A stretch of DNA of 64,000 bases from Candidatus Aceula lacicola (GCA_030765785.1 JAVCCC010000044.1:1417-65416), one strand, 5' to 3'; positions 10,349 through 19,748 are shown, counted from the first letter of the stretch. Notes: generated from the letters alone by a model not told the origin. Numbers and translations are program-made.

Positions 10349-11083
10349 TTAATACCCTACAAAATTTTCTGCCTTTATCTTCTTTTCATCGCACCCAATT
10401 TCTAAACAAATATTTTTCATAACAACAACCATCTTCGGCGGTCCAAAAATGAAAATCAGCCGCTCTTTACAGTCAGATAGATGTTCTAAAATAAAATTCT
10501 TATCAATCAATCCTTTAAAGAATTTCTTATCTTTTGGCTCACCTTCGGCAACCGTCCAAACAATTTGAAAATTATGATGCTGATTGTTCCAATCTTCAAG
10601 CTCTTTTTTAAAAGCAATATCCTCTTCCTTCATGTTCGAATAAAGAAGCCTCATATCAGAAGAAATATTATTCTCTAAAACATGTTCAATAATAGATATT
10701 GCAGGCGTAATCCCAATTCCTCCGACGATAAAAGAAACCTTTTCATGCAAAGAATCAAACGTACAGGTTCCCATCGGTCCGTTCATTAAAACTTCATCAT
10801 CTTTTTTTAACGACCAAAGCCTTTGAGAAAAATTACTTTCTGAACGTCTTTTGGTCACTTCGATATATTCTTTCTCCGGCGCACACGAAAAGGATAAATA
10901 TTTATTCAAATCTTTATTATCTTTGTTCAGCTCATCAAAAAATACTTTTAAAAACTGACCTGGAGCAAATTCGACCTTATTCTCTGGTGAAAACCGAAAA
11001 CTTTCAATCGCCTCAGCTCTCTTAATCCGCTCTATAAATTTTACCCTAAATTCTCTCATTTTTTCTTCTTTCCATTCAAGCAT
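10349..11083 (-). CDS. FAD/NAD(P)-binding oxidoreductase (ferredoxin-NADP reductase-like fold). The true start is possibly the internal Met at 11059.
   Basis: The FAD-binding portion has ...KVEFAPGQFLKV. The NAD-binding portion has GGIGITPAISI and LIFIFGPPKMV. Overlaps the upstream Fur-family gene. Confidence 0.6.
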   Translation of the reverse strand: MLEWKEEKMREFRVKFIERIKRAEAIESFRFSPENKVEFAPGQFLKVFFDELNKDNKDLNKYLSFSCAPEKEYIEVTKRRSESNFSQRLWSLKKDDEVLMNGPMGTCTFDSLHEKVSFIVGGIGITPAISIIEHVLENNISSDMRLLYSNMKEEDIAFKKELEDWNNQHHNFQIVWTVAEGEPKDKKFFKGLIDKNFILEHLSDCKERLIFIFGPPKMVVVMKNICLEIGCDEKKIKAENFVGY

Positions 11084-11475
11084 CCAGCGCAGGTTCCATA
11101 AAAATATCCTTGAAAATCATCAATAATATGCCCATCCACCGTATTTGTTCTAAGGGCACTGCAAACCGGCATGTGAACATCAAAAATTTTATTGCAAATT
11201 CGACATGAAAAATGATGATGCGGTTCTTTTTTCATCTCATAAAAAGATTTGTTAAAATCAATCTTTATTTCCCGAAGCAATCCCTTAGCGCAAAAATTCT
11301 CTAAAATTGAATAAACAGTCCCTAAAGAAATAGCTGGCACCTTTTTTTGTGCTGCCCGATAAACTTCATCAGCACTCAAATGCCCTCTCGCTTTATTGAA
11401 AGCAAGATACACCGATAAACGCTGTGGTGTCACTTTAATTTTGAGTTCTCTTAAGATTTCGCTTGTTTGCTGCAT
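11056..11475 (-). CDS. Fur-family transcriptional regulator (PerR-like, by context)
   Basis: 139 aa. N-terminal winged helix (TPQRLSVYLAF), His cluster HHHF, and CxxC...CxxC (CRIC...CAGC). Sits inside a peroxide/oxygen-detoxification operon. Confidence 0.82.
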   Translation of the reverse strand: MQQTSEILRELKIKVTPQRLSVYLAFNKARGHLSADEVYRAAQKKVPAISLGTVYSILENFCAKGLLREIKIDFNKSFYEMKKEPHHHFSCRICNKIFDVHMPVCSALRTNTVDGHIIDDFQGYFYGTCAGCLNGKKKK

Positions 11476-11948
11476 GATTTTATTTTTGTCTTTCGCGTCG
11501 GTGGCGATAAATCGATAATATTATCAATTTTAACTTCGATGAGATATTTTGGATCTATCGGGAGGTGTGCCTCAAAATGCTTTTTTGATTTTGCTCCAAT
11601 GCTTACGCTTCTTTGTACTCGCTTTGTAATTCTTTGAACAACACGAGCTTCCCATTGATCAAGAATTTCTTTTTTTATTTCACTCTTTGGAATAATTTTC
11701 GCTTTTCCTTGAAGGACGTACCCTTTAAAAGCATGCTCATCTAACGCTGTAACACTGATCGTTGGATTCTTTTTTAAATTACAAAATGTGCGATACAAAT
11801 AAAGATCTGTTAAAAAAAGCTTGTCCTTTTTTCCAACGCCCACAAGACCCTTGACCGAGCAATGAATCGCGCCTTTTTCATTCAACGTTGAAACAATAAC
11901 GGCATGGCTTTTTTCAAAAAACTGAACAATCTCTTTTGGTAATTTCAT
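11451..11948 (-). CDS. Pyridoxamine 5'-phosphate oxidase-like FMN-binding protein
   Basis: 165 aa. N-terminal HAVIVSTLNEKGAIHCSVKG pattern typical of the split-barrel FMN-binding family. Confidence 0.55.
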   Translation of the reverse strand: MKLPKEIVQFFEKSHAVIVSTLNEKGAIHCSVKGLVGVGKKDKLFLTDLYLYRTFCNLKKNPTISVTALDEHAFKGYVLQGKAKIIPKSEIKKEILDQWEARVVQRITKRVQRSVSIGAKSKKHFEAHLPIDPKYLIEVKIDNIIDLSPPTRKTKIKSCSKQAKS

Positions 11949-11950
11949 TC

Positions 11951-13126
11951 TTAACCTATCTTCTCTTTTATCTTATCGACAACACTTTTTAAATTTTCCA
12001 ATTCGCTGTCATCAGGAACAAACTGACTATAGCGCCCTTCACCCATCAACTCAAAACCAGCATCAGCAATCGATTGCTCAAACTCTTTAAATCCTATTTT
12101 GGACCAACCATAAGAACCAAATGTAGTGGCATAATGATTTCTTGTTTTCAAACCTTTTAAGTACATTAAAAGCGCTGCCATTGTTGGAAGCATGCGATTA
12201 TTTAAAATTGGCGTTCCAAAAAGCACAAACTTTGAAGTCAAAATGTCTGTCACAATATTAGAAATATGCACCTCTTGAAGCCCAACCATTTTAACTGGCA
12301 AACCTTGAGCATCAATCAAATGTTTAAACTTTGTGGCCATTTGACGCGTTGAATTCCACATCGTATCATAAGCAATCAAACATTTATTTTCTGATTCATA
12401 ATTAGCCCATTTATGATACAAAGATAAAATTTCTAATAAATCTTCTTTTGTTCGCCATATAAGTCCGTGTGACGGACAAATCATCTCAATAGCGAGCTTT
12501 GAGGCTGCTTCTAAAGCCTTTAAAACCTGATTGCCATATGGCATGACAATATTGGCATAATATTTAGCTGCATCCTCAAAAACAATGTCAGAGCCAACCT
12601 CATCGGCATAGCGTTCATCGCTTGCCCGATGTTGGCCAAAAGCATCATTCGAAAAAAGAATCTTATCGTGCGCAGAATATGTGACCATAGAATCTGGCCA
12701 ATGAACCATTGGCGTTAAAAGAAAGCTTAATGTTCTCTTTCCTATGTTAAGCTCATCGCCTGTGTTGACAATCTTAAACTTCCAATCTTTTTTGAAATGT
12801 CTTTTAAGCTCTTGGGCCCCCTTAGGCGAACAAACAACTTCAGCATTCGGGCAATATTTTAATATTGCATCAATCGATCCAGAATGATCCATCTCTGTAT
12901 GATTGGATATAATATATTTTATTTTCGCAGGATCAATGACTTCTTTAATACGATCAATCATTTCTTCAGCGCCATAATGCTTAACTGTATCGATTAATAC
13001 TGGAGCTTCATCCAAAATAAGATACGCATTATACGTTGAACCTACCGGCGTTTCATATCCATGAAAATTCCTAAGATCCCAATCAATATAACCTGTCCAA
13101 TGGATATCTTTAACAATTTGATGCAT
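11951..13126 (-). CDS. fprA: Flavodiiron protein (rubredoxin:oxygen/NO oxidoreductase): metallo-beta-lactamase domain plus flavodoxin domain
   Basis: 391 aa. HTEMDHSGS diiron motif. C-terminal flavodoxin-like domain. Confidence 0.9.
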   Translation of the reverse strand: MHQIVKDIHWTGYIDWDLRNFHGYETPVGSTYNAYLILDEAPVLIDTVKHYGAEEMIDRIKEVIDPAKIKYIISNHTEMDHSGSIDAILKYCPNAEVVCSPKGAQELKRHFKKDWKFKIVNTGDELNIGKRTLSFLLTPMVHWPDSMVTYSAHDKILFSNDAFGQHRASDERYADEVGSDIVFEDAAKYYANIVMPYGNQVLKALEAASKLAIEMICPSHGLIWRTKEDLLEILSLYHKWANYESENKCLIAYDTMWNSTRQMATKFKHLIDAQGLPVKMVGLQEVHISNIVTDILTSKFVLFGTPILNNRMLPTMAALLMYLKGLKTRNHYATTFGSYGWSKIGFKEFEQSIADAGFELMGEGRYSQFVPDDSELENLKSVVDKIKEKIG

Positions 13127-13143
13127 GTTCTCTCCTAATATTT

Positions 13144-13308
13144 TTATTCTTCTACAACTTCAAAATCTTCTTTTGATACGCCACATTCTGGGCAAACCCA
13201 TGTATCTGGAATCTCTTCAAAAGATGTTCCTACTGCGACACCGTTATCTGGATCTCCGACAGCTGGATCATAGACGTAACCGCAAACTGTACATTTATAT
13301 TTCTTCAT
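13144..13308 (-). CDS. rub: Rubredoxin. The real start is [11 protein letters not shown]. The 75-aa ORF in the track over-extends into the 5' UTR.
   Basis: CTVCGY...CPECG rubredoxin motifs. A perfect AAGGAGG Shine-Dalgarno lies 7 nt upstream of the ATG at 13306-13308. Confidence 0.9.
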   Translation of the reverse strand: MKKYKCTVCGYVYDPAVGDPDNGVAVGTSFEEIPDTWVCPECGVSKEDFEVVEE

Positions 13309-13310
13309 AA

Positions 13311-13420
13311 TAACCTCCTTTAAATGAGCACCTGACTTATGCAGCCTCTTGTCTTTAAAGGCAAACATCAAGTCAGCCTGTACGAATTAATCCAGTGAGC
13401 TGCGCGTCCTAGCGCAACGA
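13311..13420 (-). promoter_or_regulatory. Copy 2 of the conserved structured 5'-UTR RNA motif (upstream of rubredoxin)
   Basis: RNA sense reads CUGGAUUAAUUCGUAC - hairpin (CUGACUUGAUG ... CAUAAGUCAGG) - GUGCUCAUUUAAAGGAGG - AUG. Confidence 0.6.
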
Positions 13421-13603
13421 ATCTGGAATTCCTTATCTAAAACTTTAAACATATTACCACAAAGAACTTTCCAAAACATACTTTTTATATCTAGGAATGA
13501 TTATTATATAGAAACTATTCCTGTTGTCAAGAAGAAAATAATAGATGCAATTGCCCGGATTGCCCGGCCGGGCAACTCTTACCTTCTCCGTCGATCCAAA
13601 CAA

Positions 13604-13636
13604 AGTTGCCCAAATTGCCCACTGGGCAACTTTTTT
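13604..13636. terminator. Palindromic hairpin terminator downstream of the giant gene (AGTTGCCCA ... TGGGCAACT plus a T-run). Part of a cluster of TTGCCC/GGGCAA repeats at 13551-13636.
   Basis: 9-bp stem with a 10-nt loop. T6 on the plus side and a U-rich tract (UUGUUUGG) on the minus side. Confidence 0.5.
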
Positions 13637-13658
13637 AGATTAAAATTTTTCTTTTAGT

Positions 13659-16600
13659 TTAATGTGCGTAACTTAATTGGAGGTTTTGGTCATCTTCTTC
13701 GACTGCGCCAAGAAACGCAGGAAGATTAACAACCGGTGTGACGTTGATAATAACAGGATAAAGTCCGTTAATCTGAATATTTCTAAAATTAGCATTATTT
13801 AAATTAAATTCAAAACCATCTCCTTTAGATTGAATATCCATATCCATTGTATCAGCTCCGAGATCGATACCCCCAAGTTCTTCTTTCGAATCTTCAAACG
13901 AAATCTCAAGCTGCTTTTCCATCTGACCCTCAACCTCATCTAAGATATCATCAGCCTTTTCACTCGATAAATATAACCACCGATAAACTTGGTTCTCACC
14001 CTCACCGTCTTTTTCTACCGGCGGCAAACGCTCTTCTTCAATAGGAATTGTTTCAAACCCTTGACCCCCTAATGCATCTTCGGCCGCCTGATCTCCAGCT
14101 TCAGCAAAAAATATTGGCTTTTCACTAGAATCTTGTTTTGCCACTTCAATAAGCCGAGCAAGAAGCAAATTTGAAAAACCTTTCTTTTTGTGAAATTCCG
14201 CAACTTCGATAGCATCAAGATGATAAACAAGCTCCATTGTTGTAGCATCTTTCTTAAAAGAAATTTTTCCGTCAGAAGTTACCGGACTTTTAATCTTCCG
14301 GAAAGTTTGCATTGCAACGATTTCTCCATCCTTACCTTCTAACCGAACAACTACCATTCTATAATCATTTAAATTGTCAACAGGTTTATCCCAATAAAAA
14401 TCCTCAACTTGATCAACATTTTTGTCCGCCTCTTTTTTACCTTCTGCTTCACGTTTTCTCGTAGCCACCCACTCGTCCCTAGCTTTCTTTCTTTTTTCAA
14501 GTGCCTGCTCTCTTTCTTCATCATTAGAATTCTCATCAAGATATCCAACTTCTTGAACATAAACCTTTTGCCCTCGAAATTCCATAAAACCATCGATTAT
14601 GAGAGCAGAAGAAATTATGCCACCTTTTGACGCTAAAGCCTCATCAAGCTTTAATTTAATTTCACCGCGCTCTTTGCCGCTCACAACTCTAAAATCGCTC
14701 GGATCTAAAAGCTGCATTTGCTCCATTTTCGTATCATAAATATAAGGCGTCCCATTATAACGAAAATGAATCAAATTTACTCCTTTATTGATAATAACAA
14801 CCTTTTTTTCCTCATTAGGTTTGCCAGTAAAAACAAGACCATCATCTGCAACAATTTTGCTTAAATTAACTCTAGAAGCAATTTCTCTAACCGTAGTTAT
14901 TTTCGAACTCCACTGTTTAAGAAATCTTTTTTGATTTTCAAAGTTAACCGTCATCGTCCGTTGATTAGGCTTTAGTCCCAAAACTTCTTGCGCATAAAAA
15001 ATAGCTTTGGCATAGTTAGCTTCTTCTTCCGATTTTGGTTCTAATATAATAGAAAATTCCTGACCATCAAAAACTTTATCAAAATGCTCTAAAAACAAAG
15101 CAAAAGCCATTTTCCAAGAATGACTTTGTTGTTGACTTAAATCAACAAAAAAATCCTGAATATGAACGACGTTCACTTTCTCACCCTTAGTTTGATCATC
15201 TATTAAATAGGAAACAGCTCCGGCATCATCCGCAAAGGCGACGTCAACTTCATAATGAACAGCAAATAAAACATCTCCATTCTCTGAGTATTCACCAAAA
15301 GGATTACGCACCACAAAAAGATATTCATTCTCAGCGAGAATTCTTGGCCAGGTAGTCTCAAATTTCTCTTCAAAAGTAAGTTTATTGAAAATAGAGGATA
15401 AAATCTCTCGGACCTCTTTTCGGTTCGCTCTTGAATCTAACACCATACCTTCACGTTGTTCGCCTAAATCATCGACAAAAAATACATTAAAAAGTTTTTG
15501 ATTAGAGATATCATGATAAGATTTACGCCCTTTGATAATCAGATTAGCTACAAGAAGCAAGATATCCGTAGACAATTTTTCATCACCATTTTCTTCAATT
15601 TCTCCTGCAAGAAGATTCAAGAATGCAAACATAGAACCAATTGGGTTCCTAAGATCATGGATTATATCTTTTCGCATTAACTTTGATATGTTTAAATCAG
15701 AAACAAATCCAAGATCAGAAATAAAAAGCCCCATATCTGAAATTGTTGCCATAAGATCAACTAGCCTATCCTTTGAAAATTCTTCTTTTACAACTTTAGC
15801 TATTTCAAGAATTAACTTATCTCTTTCTACAATAAGATTCGGACTTGATTCTAATTTAATCTGCTCTTGAATCTTTGCGAAATCTCTTAAATCTTTTAAG
15901 AATAAATTAAACCCAGTTCTTCTTTTTTGTGTATCAGAAAAAAAACTCTTTATAATCAAATACCCCATCATAGCTCCAAACTTGTTAAATTCTCCTTTCT
16001 GAAACACATATTCATCACCAGATCCATTCTCCTCAATATCTTTTCCTGAATTAAGTTCAATATTTAATTTCAAATTTTCAGTATAAAAAAGAACATATTC
16101 TCTAAACAATTTTTCAAAAAGCGAACAATTATTTTTATTTAAAAAAACGGTGCTTTGAATCTCAAGAGATGGTCCAAAAGCCTTGAGAGTCTTCATAGCA
16201 TAAGTATTGCCTTTCCCATCGTTATTATTTATCACACCAATTCCGGAGATACTAGGCAAGAAATCCTGATGAACTAACCCTTGATCGGCAGAAAAATGGT
16301 GAGGAATATAAACTTTATCTAACAAAACTTGATTAGTGTCAATAATCTGGTCTTCTGTTATTGCTTTACCCCCTTTTTCTGGATTATAAAGGTCTCGCAT
16401 AGCTGACAATTTAGAATCTATCTGAAATCCTATAAAAATTTTCTCTCCCGTCCTCTTATCAAAAACAAATTGAAGCTGATATCCAATAATATCTCCAGAA
16501 ACTCCTCCAAAATACTGACTTGCTACATCCATATGATTGATAATATTTCCATTTTGATCTCGGCTAAAAAATACTGTCTCACCTGTTTCTCTATTAACAA

Positions 16601-19355
16601 GCGCCTTGACGCCTAGAATTCTATGATAACGAGGGTTAAAATCTATGCCTTCAATACTAAATATGCGAGCTCGCAAAACAGGATTAAGCCCCGCAAGCGG
16701 TATAACAGAATACATCTCATCAAGGATTTTACCTGTTAAAATAGGAGAAACGCCATCAATAACATCAACTTCTAAATCTCCAGAAACATCTCTTATTTTT
16801 ATTTCTTGCTCTTGTTTCTTTTTAACTCGAACTAATATCGCTATTGCAGACTCTTGACCCTCTGCGACAATCTCATGTTCTAAGAGATTAAGATCCATTC
16901 CTAATCGAATCATCTCGCCGAATAAACCTTTAATAATCTGAATTTTTTCTTGCGCAGCTTCATCTTTCAGAAAACTAAAAACAGCAAAAAGGTTGCCTCC
17001 CGCGTTCACATTGCTATATGCTGAAATAAATTGATTCAAATAAGAGGCCACTTCTTCTTCAGGGTTTATACAATTAATTACGGAAATAACCTTATCGGCG
17101 CCAATCGGATTATTTTCTTCATCTAAAAATCTTCCAGCAAATCTCGTACGATTAAAAACAACATCTGCTCCTGCAAGAGGATCGTCCACAAAAATCTCAA
17201 TATTCTTTTTTTCGGAATCCACAAAAAATTCTTTCAAAAATATACTCGTCATTGGACCAATGCCAAAAATTTTCATTTTTTGGTCTTTTCCTAAAAAAAC
17301 TGTCGACCAAATAGCACTTTGAATCGTTTGAAGATACTTGTTAATACCTTGATAAAAATTATTAAAAAATGTCTTATCAATACTACTAAGAGGAGAAGCC
17401 GTTTGTTTTTTTGTTAACTCATAAACCGTTTTTCCTATTTTTCCCCATTCGAAATGAGTACCGTGTAAATTAGTTCCTAAAAAATCATAGCTGTCTTCAT
17501 CGGATAAAATAGTCTTTTTAATATCAAACTCTTCCATCAAAGCTGGAATATATTTACCCTCTCTTGAGCTAGTCTTAATAATAATCTTAGCTCCTTTTTT
17601 AAACTTTTTCATAACATCAAAATTCTTAATTACGGCAACGAGAGATTCCACTGCTATAGAATTAGGATTTACCAAAAGAATATAGTCTAAAGAATTATCG
17701 GGCAAATAGAGAAGAATATCTGCTTCAGCACGAGCAACAACTAAATTCTCTAAACCTTGCGTTTGCGCAGGAAGTCGTCTTTTTTCAAACTCTTCAGCAT
17801 TGTCTAAATAAAGTCTTGGAGCTCTTTCTTTGTCAATAGCGTATTGATCTGTTGTAATGGACACAATATCTTTCTTTTGATTCAATTCCGCAATCGCCCT
17901 AACAGCTTCAGCATCTCCTCCTCCAAACTCTAACAAAAGCTTTTTACCATTTTTCTTGCTTTCATTAACTAAATTATAAACTTTCCCAATTTCTTCCTTT
18001 GTATTATCAAAAGATAATAAGACATACTCAAGCTTGTCTCGAGAAAAAATCCATCCTTTATCTCTTGCCGCCTCAATTTCACTCCTTGTATTTTCATAAA
18101 TCTTTAAAACATCTCGAACGTACAATGCCATTTTTTCATTCAATTCTTCAGAAATCTTGTTAGCTCTTCCAATAAGCAAGGAAGAATTCTTTAGCGTGCT
18201 TGAAACATGTCGAAGCTTAACAGGAGATGCAGATCCGGTCGCTTGCCTGATATCATTAGTTGGAACAATGGCTTTCTGTGTATTGCCAAGAAAACTCATC
18301 CCTCCTGAAAAATATTTGCGGGGAACATTGCGTTTTTCATACTGATCATATTCAACTTTAACAAAATCACATACACCTTTTTTAAATGCATCAAGATATT
18401 GATTATAAATCTTTTCTCGGATTTCCTTATCCTCAACATCCACACCAGAAATCTTTGCTTGGTTGCTATATTTTTGATTTAAAATCGAACTTTTAAGAGT
18501 ATTCTTAAACCAAGTTGCCAAAATCAAAGAATTATAAATTTGACGAAGGCTTGCAAAATTTTTGCCGCTGTTCACTTCTTTTTCAATTTGAGGCAATACA
18601 ATCTCACGGACAATCTGAGAAGATATATTATTAACTTCTTTTGTTTCCTGAGCGCTATTTATTTTTGTTCCTATTTTTTGATTATCCAAATTATTTTCAA
18701 GGGACAAATAATCTTCTTCAAGCATAACTTTTAAATGACTTTTAACAACAAATGCACGAGGTCCATTTTCATAAACAACCGCTTTTTCTGGAACAATCCA
18801 TACCTTGTTAAAAGTATTAACAGGAATTTGCGTAGTCCCATATTTCTCAAAGGCTTGCTTGTAAATTCGATCCCAAAATCGCTTTCCAAGCTCATCTTCC
18901 GGATAAATAAGCGAAGCTGTAATTTGCTTTAGAATATAATCTTGCGCTAAAAGATCACGCCCCATTTCTGTCTGGCTAAATGCATCTGGAATGATTCGAT
19001 CTTCTTCATACGGAGAAAGATTCACCCAAAGATCATTTTCTGGAATAGTCAGTGATGCCAAGAAATATTTAATAAGTTTTTCGCTTTCCTTCTCAAAGTC
19101 TGCATCACTTAAAGATGTGTCCCCCACATCAACAATAAAATCAAGCTCAAAAGGATTCTCAGGATTAACCCGAACACCTCGAAGCAAAACAGGCGCAAAG
19201 CTCGGAGTAAGCGTAACCATTTCTCCAGGTACAGGCAAAAAACTTAAACTCTGCGCAAAAGCAGCTGAAGGCATAATCATATTGACCAAGAATGCAAAAA
19301 TTACAAACCAGCTTAAGAGATTACAATAAGGTTTTTGTATAAACTTTCTACTCAT
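13659..19355 (-). CDS. Giant (1898 aa) secreted or membrane-anchored multidomain protein of unknown function
   Basis: A single uninterrupted ORF. N-terminal signal peptide MSRKFIQKPYCNLLSWFVIFAFLVNMIMPSAAFA|Q. Around aa 470-560 there is a class I SAM-methyltransferase-like segment (LLLEFGGGDAEAV ... EADILLYLPDNSLDYILLVNP). A second GxGxxG segment follows (KIFGIGPMT). Around aa 1150 there is an isolated histidine-kinase H-box-like segment (IIHDLRNPIGSMFAFLNLL) with no ATPase domain. A GNAT motif-A-like segment (HKKKGFSNLLLARLIEVA) lies near the C-terminus. It has its own promoter region and terminators. Confidence 0.8.
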   Translation of the reverse strand: MSRKFIQKPYCNLLSWFVIFAFLVNMIMPSAAFAQSLSFLPVPGEMVTLTPSFAPVLLRGVRVNPENPFELDFIVDVGDTSLSDADFEKESEKLIKYFLASLTIPENDLWVNLSPYEEDRIIPDAFSQTEMGRDLLAQDYILKQITASLIYPEDELGKRFWDRIYKQAFEKYGTTQIPVNTFNKVWIVPEKAVVYENGPRAFVVKSHLKVMLEEDYLSLENNLDNQKIGTKINSAQETKEVNNISSQIVREIVLPQIEKEVNSGKNFASLRQIYNSLILATWFKNTLKSSILNQKYSNQAKISGVDVEDKEIREKIYNQYLDAFKKGVCDFVKVEYDQYEKRNVPRKYFSGGMSFLGNTQKAIVPTNDIRQATGSASPVKLRHVSSTLKNSSLLIGRANKISEELNEKMALYVRDVLKIYENTRSEIEAARDKGWIFSRDKLEYVLLSFDNTKEEIGKVYNLVNESKKNGKKLLLEFGGGDAEAVRAIAELNQKKDIVSITTDQYAIDKERAPRLYLDNAEEFEKRRLPAQTQGLENLVVARAEADILLYLPDNSLDYILLVNPNSIAVESLVAVIKNFDVMKKFKKGAKIIIKTSSREGKYIPALMEEFDIKKTILSDEDSYDFLGTNLHGTHFEWGKIGKTVYELTKKQTASPLSSIDKTFFNNFYQGINKYLQTIQSAIWSTVFLGKDQKMKIFGIGPMTSIFLKEFFVDSEKKNIEIFVDDPLAGADVVFNRTRFAGRFLDEENNPIGADKVISVINCINPEEEVASYLNQFISAYSNVNAGGNLFAVFSFLKDEAAQEKIQIIKGLFGEMIRLGMDLNLLEHEIVAEGQESAIAILVRVKKKQEQEIKIRDVSGDLEVDVIDGVSPILTGKILDEMYSVIPLAGLNPVLRARIFSIEGIDFNPRYHRILGVKALVNRETGETVFFSRDQNGNIINHMDVASQYFGGVSGDIIGYQLQFVFDKRTGEKIFIGFQIDSKLSAMRDLYNPEKGGKAITEDQIIDTNQVLLDKVYIPHHFSADQGLVHQDFLPSISGIGVINNNDGKGNTYAMKTLKAFGPSLEIQSTVFLNKNNCSLFEKLFREYVLFYTENLKLNIELNSGKDIEENGSGDEYVFQKGEFNKFGAMMGYLIIKSFFSDTQKRRTGFNLFLKDLRDFAKIQEQIKLESSPNLIVERDKLILEIAKVVKEEFSKDRLVDLMATISDMGLFISDLGFVSDLNISKLMRKDIIHDLRNPIGSMFAFLNLLAGEIEENGDEKLSTDILLLVANLIIKGRKSYHDISNQKLFNVFFVDDLGEQREGMVLDSRANRKEVREILSSIFNKLTFEEKFETTWPRILAENEYLFVVRNPFGEYSENGDVLFAVHYEVDVAFADDAGAVSYLIDDQTKGEKVNVVHIQDFFVDLSQQQSHSWKMAFALFLEHFDKVFDGQEFSIILEPKSEEEANYAKAIFYAQEVLGLKPNQRTMTVNFENQKRFLKQWSSKITTVREIASRVNLSKIVADDGLVFTGKPNEEKKVVIINKGVNLIHFRYNGTPYIYDTKMEQMQLLDPSDFRVVSGKERGEIKLKLDEALASKGGIISSALIIDGFMEFRGQKVYVQEVGYLDENSNDEEREQALEKRKKARDEWVATRKREAEGKKEADKNVDQVEDFYWDKPVDNLNDYRMVVVRLEGKDGEIVAMQTFRKIKSPVTSDGKISFKKDATTMELVYHLDAIEVAEFHKKKGFSNLLLARLIEVAKQDSSEKPIFFAEAGDQAAEDALGGQGFETIPIEEERLPPVEKDGEGENQVYRWLYLSSEKADDILDEVEGQMEKQLEISFEDSKEELGGIDLGADTMDMDIQSKGDGFEFNLNNANFRNIQINGLYPVIINVTPVVNLPAFLGAVEEDDQNLQLSYAH

Positions 19356-19416
19356 AAGTAATATTCCTTAAAATATAAATATAAAAATAATCTACCCTAA
19401 CACACCAAGTATATAC

Positions 19417-19540
19417 AATAATATGAAGAAAAAAAGGTCATTTTGACCCTTTCAGGAAAACGTTTTCTTTATTATCCATATTAAGATTAACATTAAGGGG
19501 CGACTTGATTTCTCAAGTCGCCCCAAATATAGCACATCTT
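19417..19540 (-). terminator. Two tandem intrinsic terminators after the DUF2892 gene (GGGGCGACTTGA-gaaa-TCAAGTCGCCCC, then AAAGGGTCA-aaa-TGACCTTTT plus T8)
   Basis: Read directly. They separate the arsR-MMPL operon from the giant gene. Confidence 0.65.
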
Positions 19541-19551
19541 ATTACCTTTTG

Positions 19552-19743
19552 CTATTTAATCCCTATTTTTTTTAAAATCATCATCATCAGGCACCAATTG
19601 GTAAAAGCAGACTGAAGCAAATTAGCTCCAATAAACGCCGTAAACCAAAGCCAGCGTATATCAACCCAAACAGCTAGCGCAAGGCTAAGCAAAATCATAA
19701 AACCTGCAATCCCTCTTAGAATTCTTTCCATTAAAACCTCCAA
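19552..19743 (-). CDS. DUF2892 (YgaP C-terminal-like) small membrane protein
   Basis: 63 aa with two transmembrane segments and GANLLQSAFTNWC, typical of DUF2892. Confidence 0.55.
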   Translation of the reverse strand: MEVLMERILRGIAGFMILLSLALAVWVDIRWLWFTAFIGANLLQSAFTNWCLMMMILKKIGIK

Positions 19744-19748
19744 TCCTT

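Noticed and set aside
13144-13371. The 75-aa ORF in the track ([26 protein letters not shown]...) as a long form of rubredoxin
   Set aside because: The extension is a translation of the conserved UTR motif (GCTCATTTAAAGGAGG gives AHLKEV). A perfect AAGGAGG Shine-Dalgarno precedes the internal ATG, which gives a canonical 54-aa rubredoxin.
13604-13636. A plus-strand intrinsic terminator (hairpin plus T6 on the plus strand)
   Set aside because: There is no plus-strand gene for more than 13 kb upstream. The palindrome more plausibly terminates the minus-strand giant gene, or is part of the GGGCAA repeat cluster.
15700-16000. The giant protein as a histidine kinase, because of the IIHDLRNPIGSMF H-box-like segment
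   Set aside because: No N, G1 or G2 ATPase boxes follow it, and the protein has a cleavable signal peptide. I treat it as an isolated helix or coincidence, not a functional histidine kinase.
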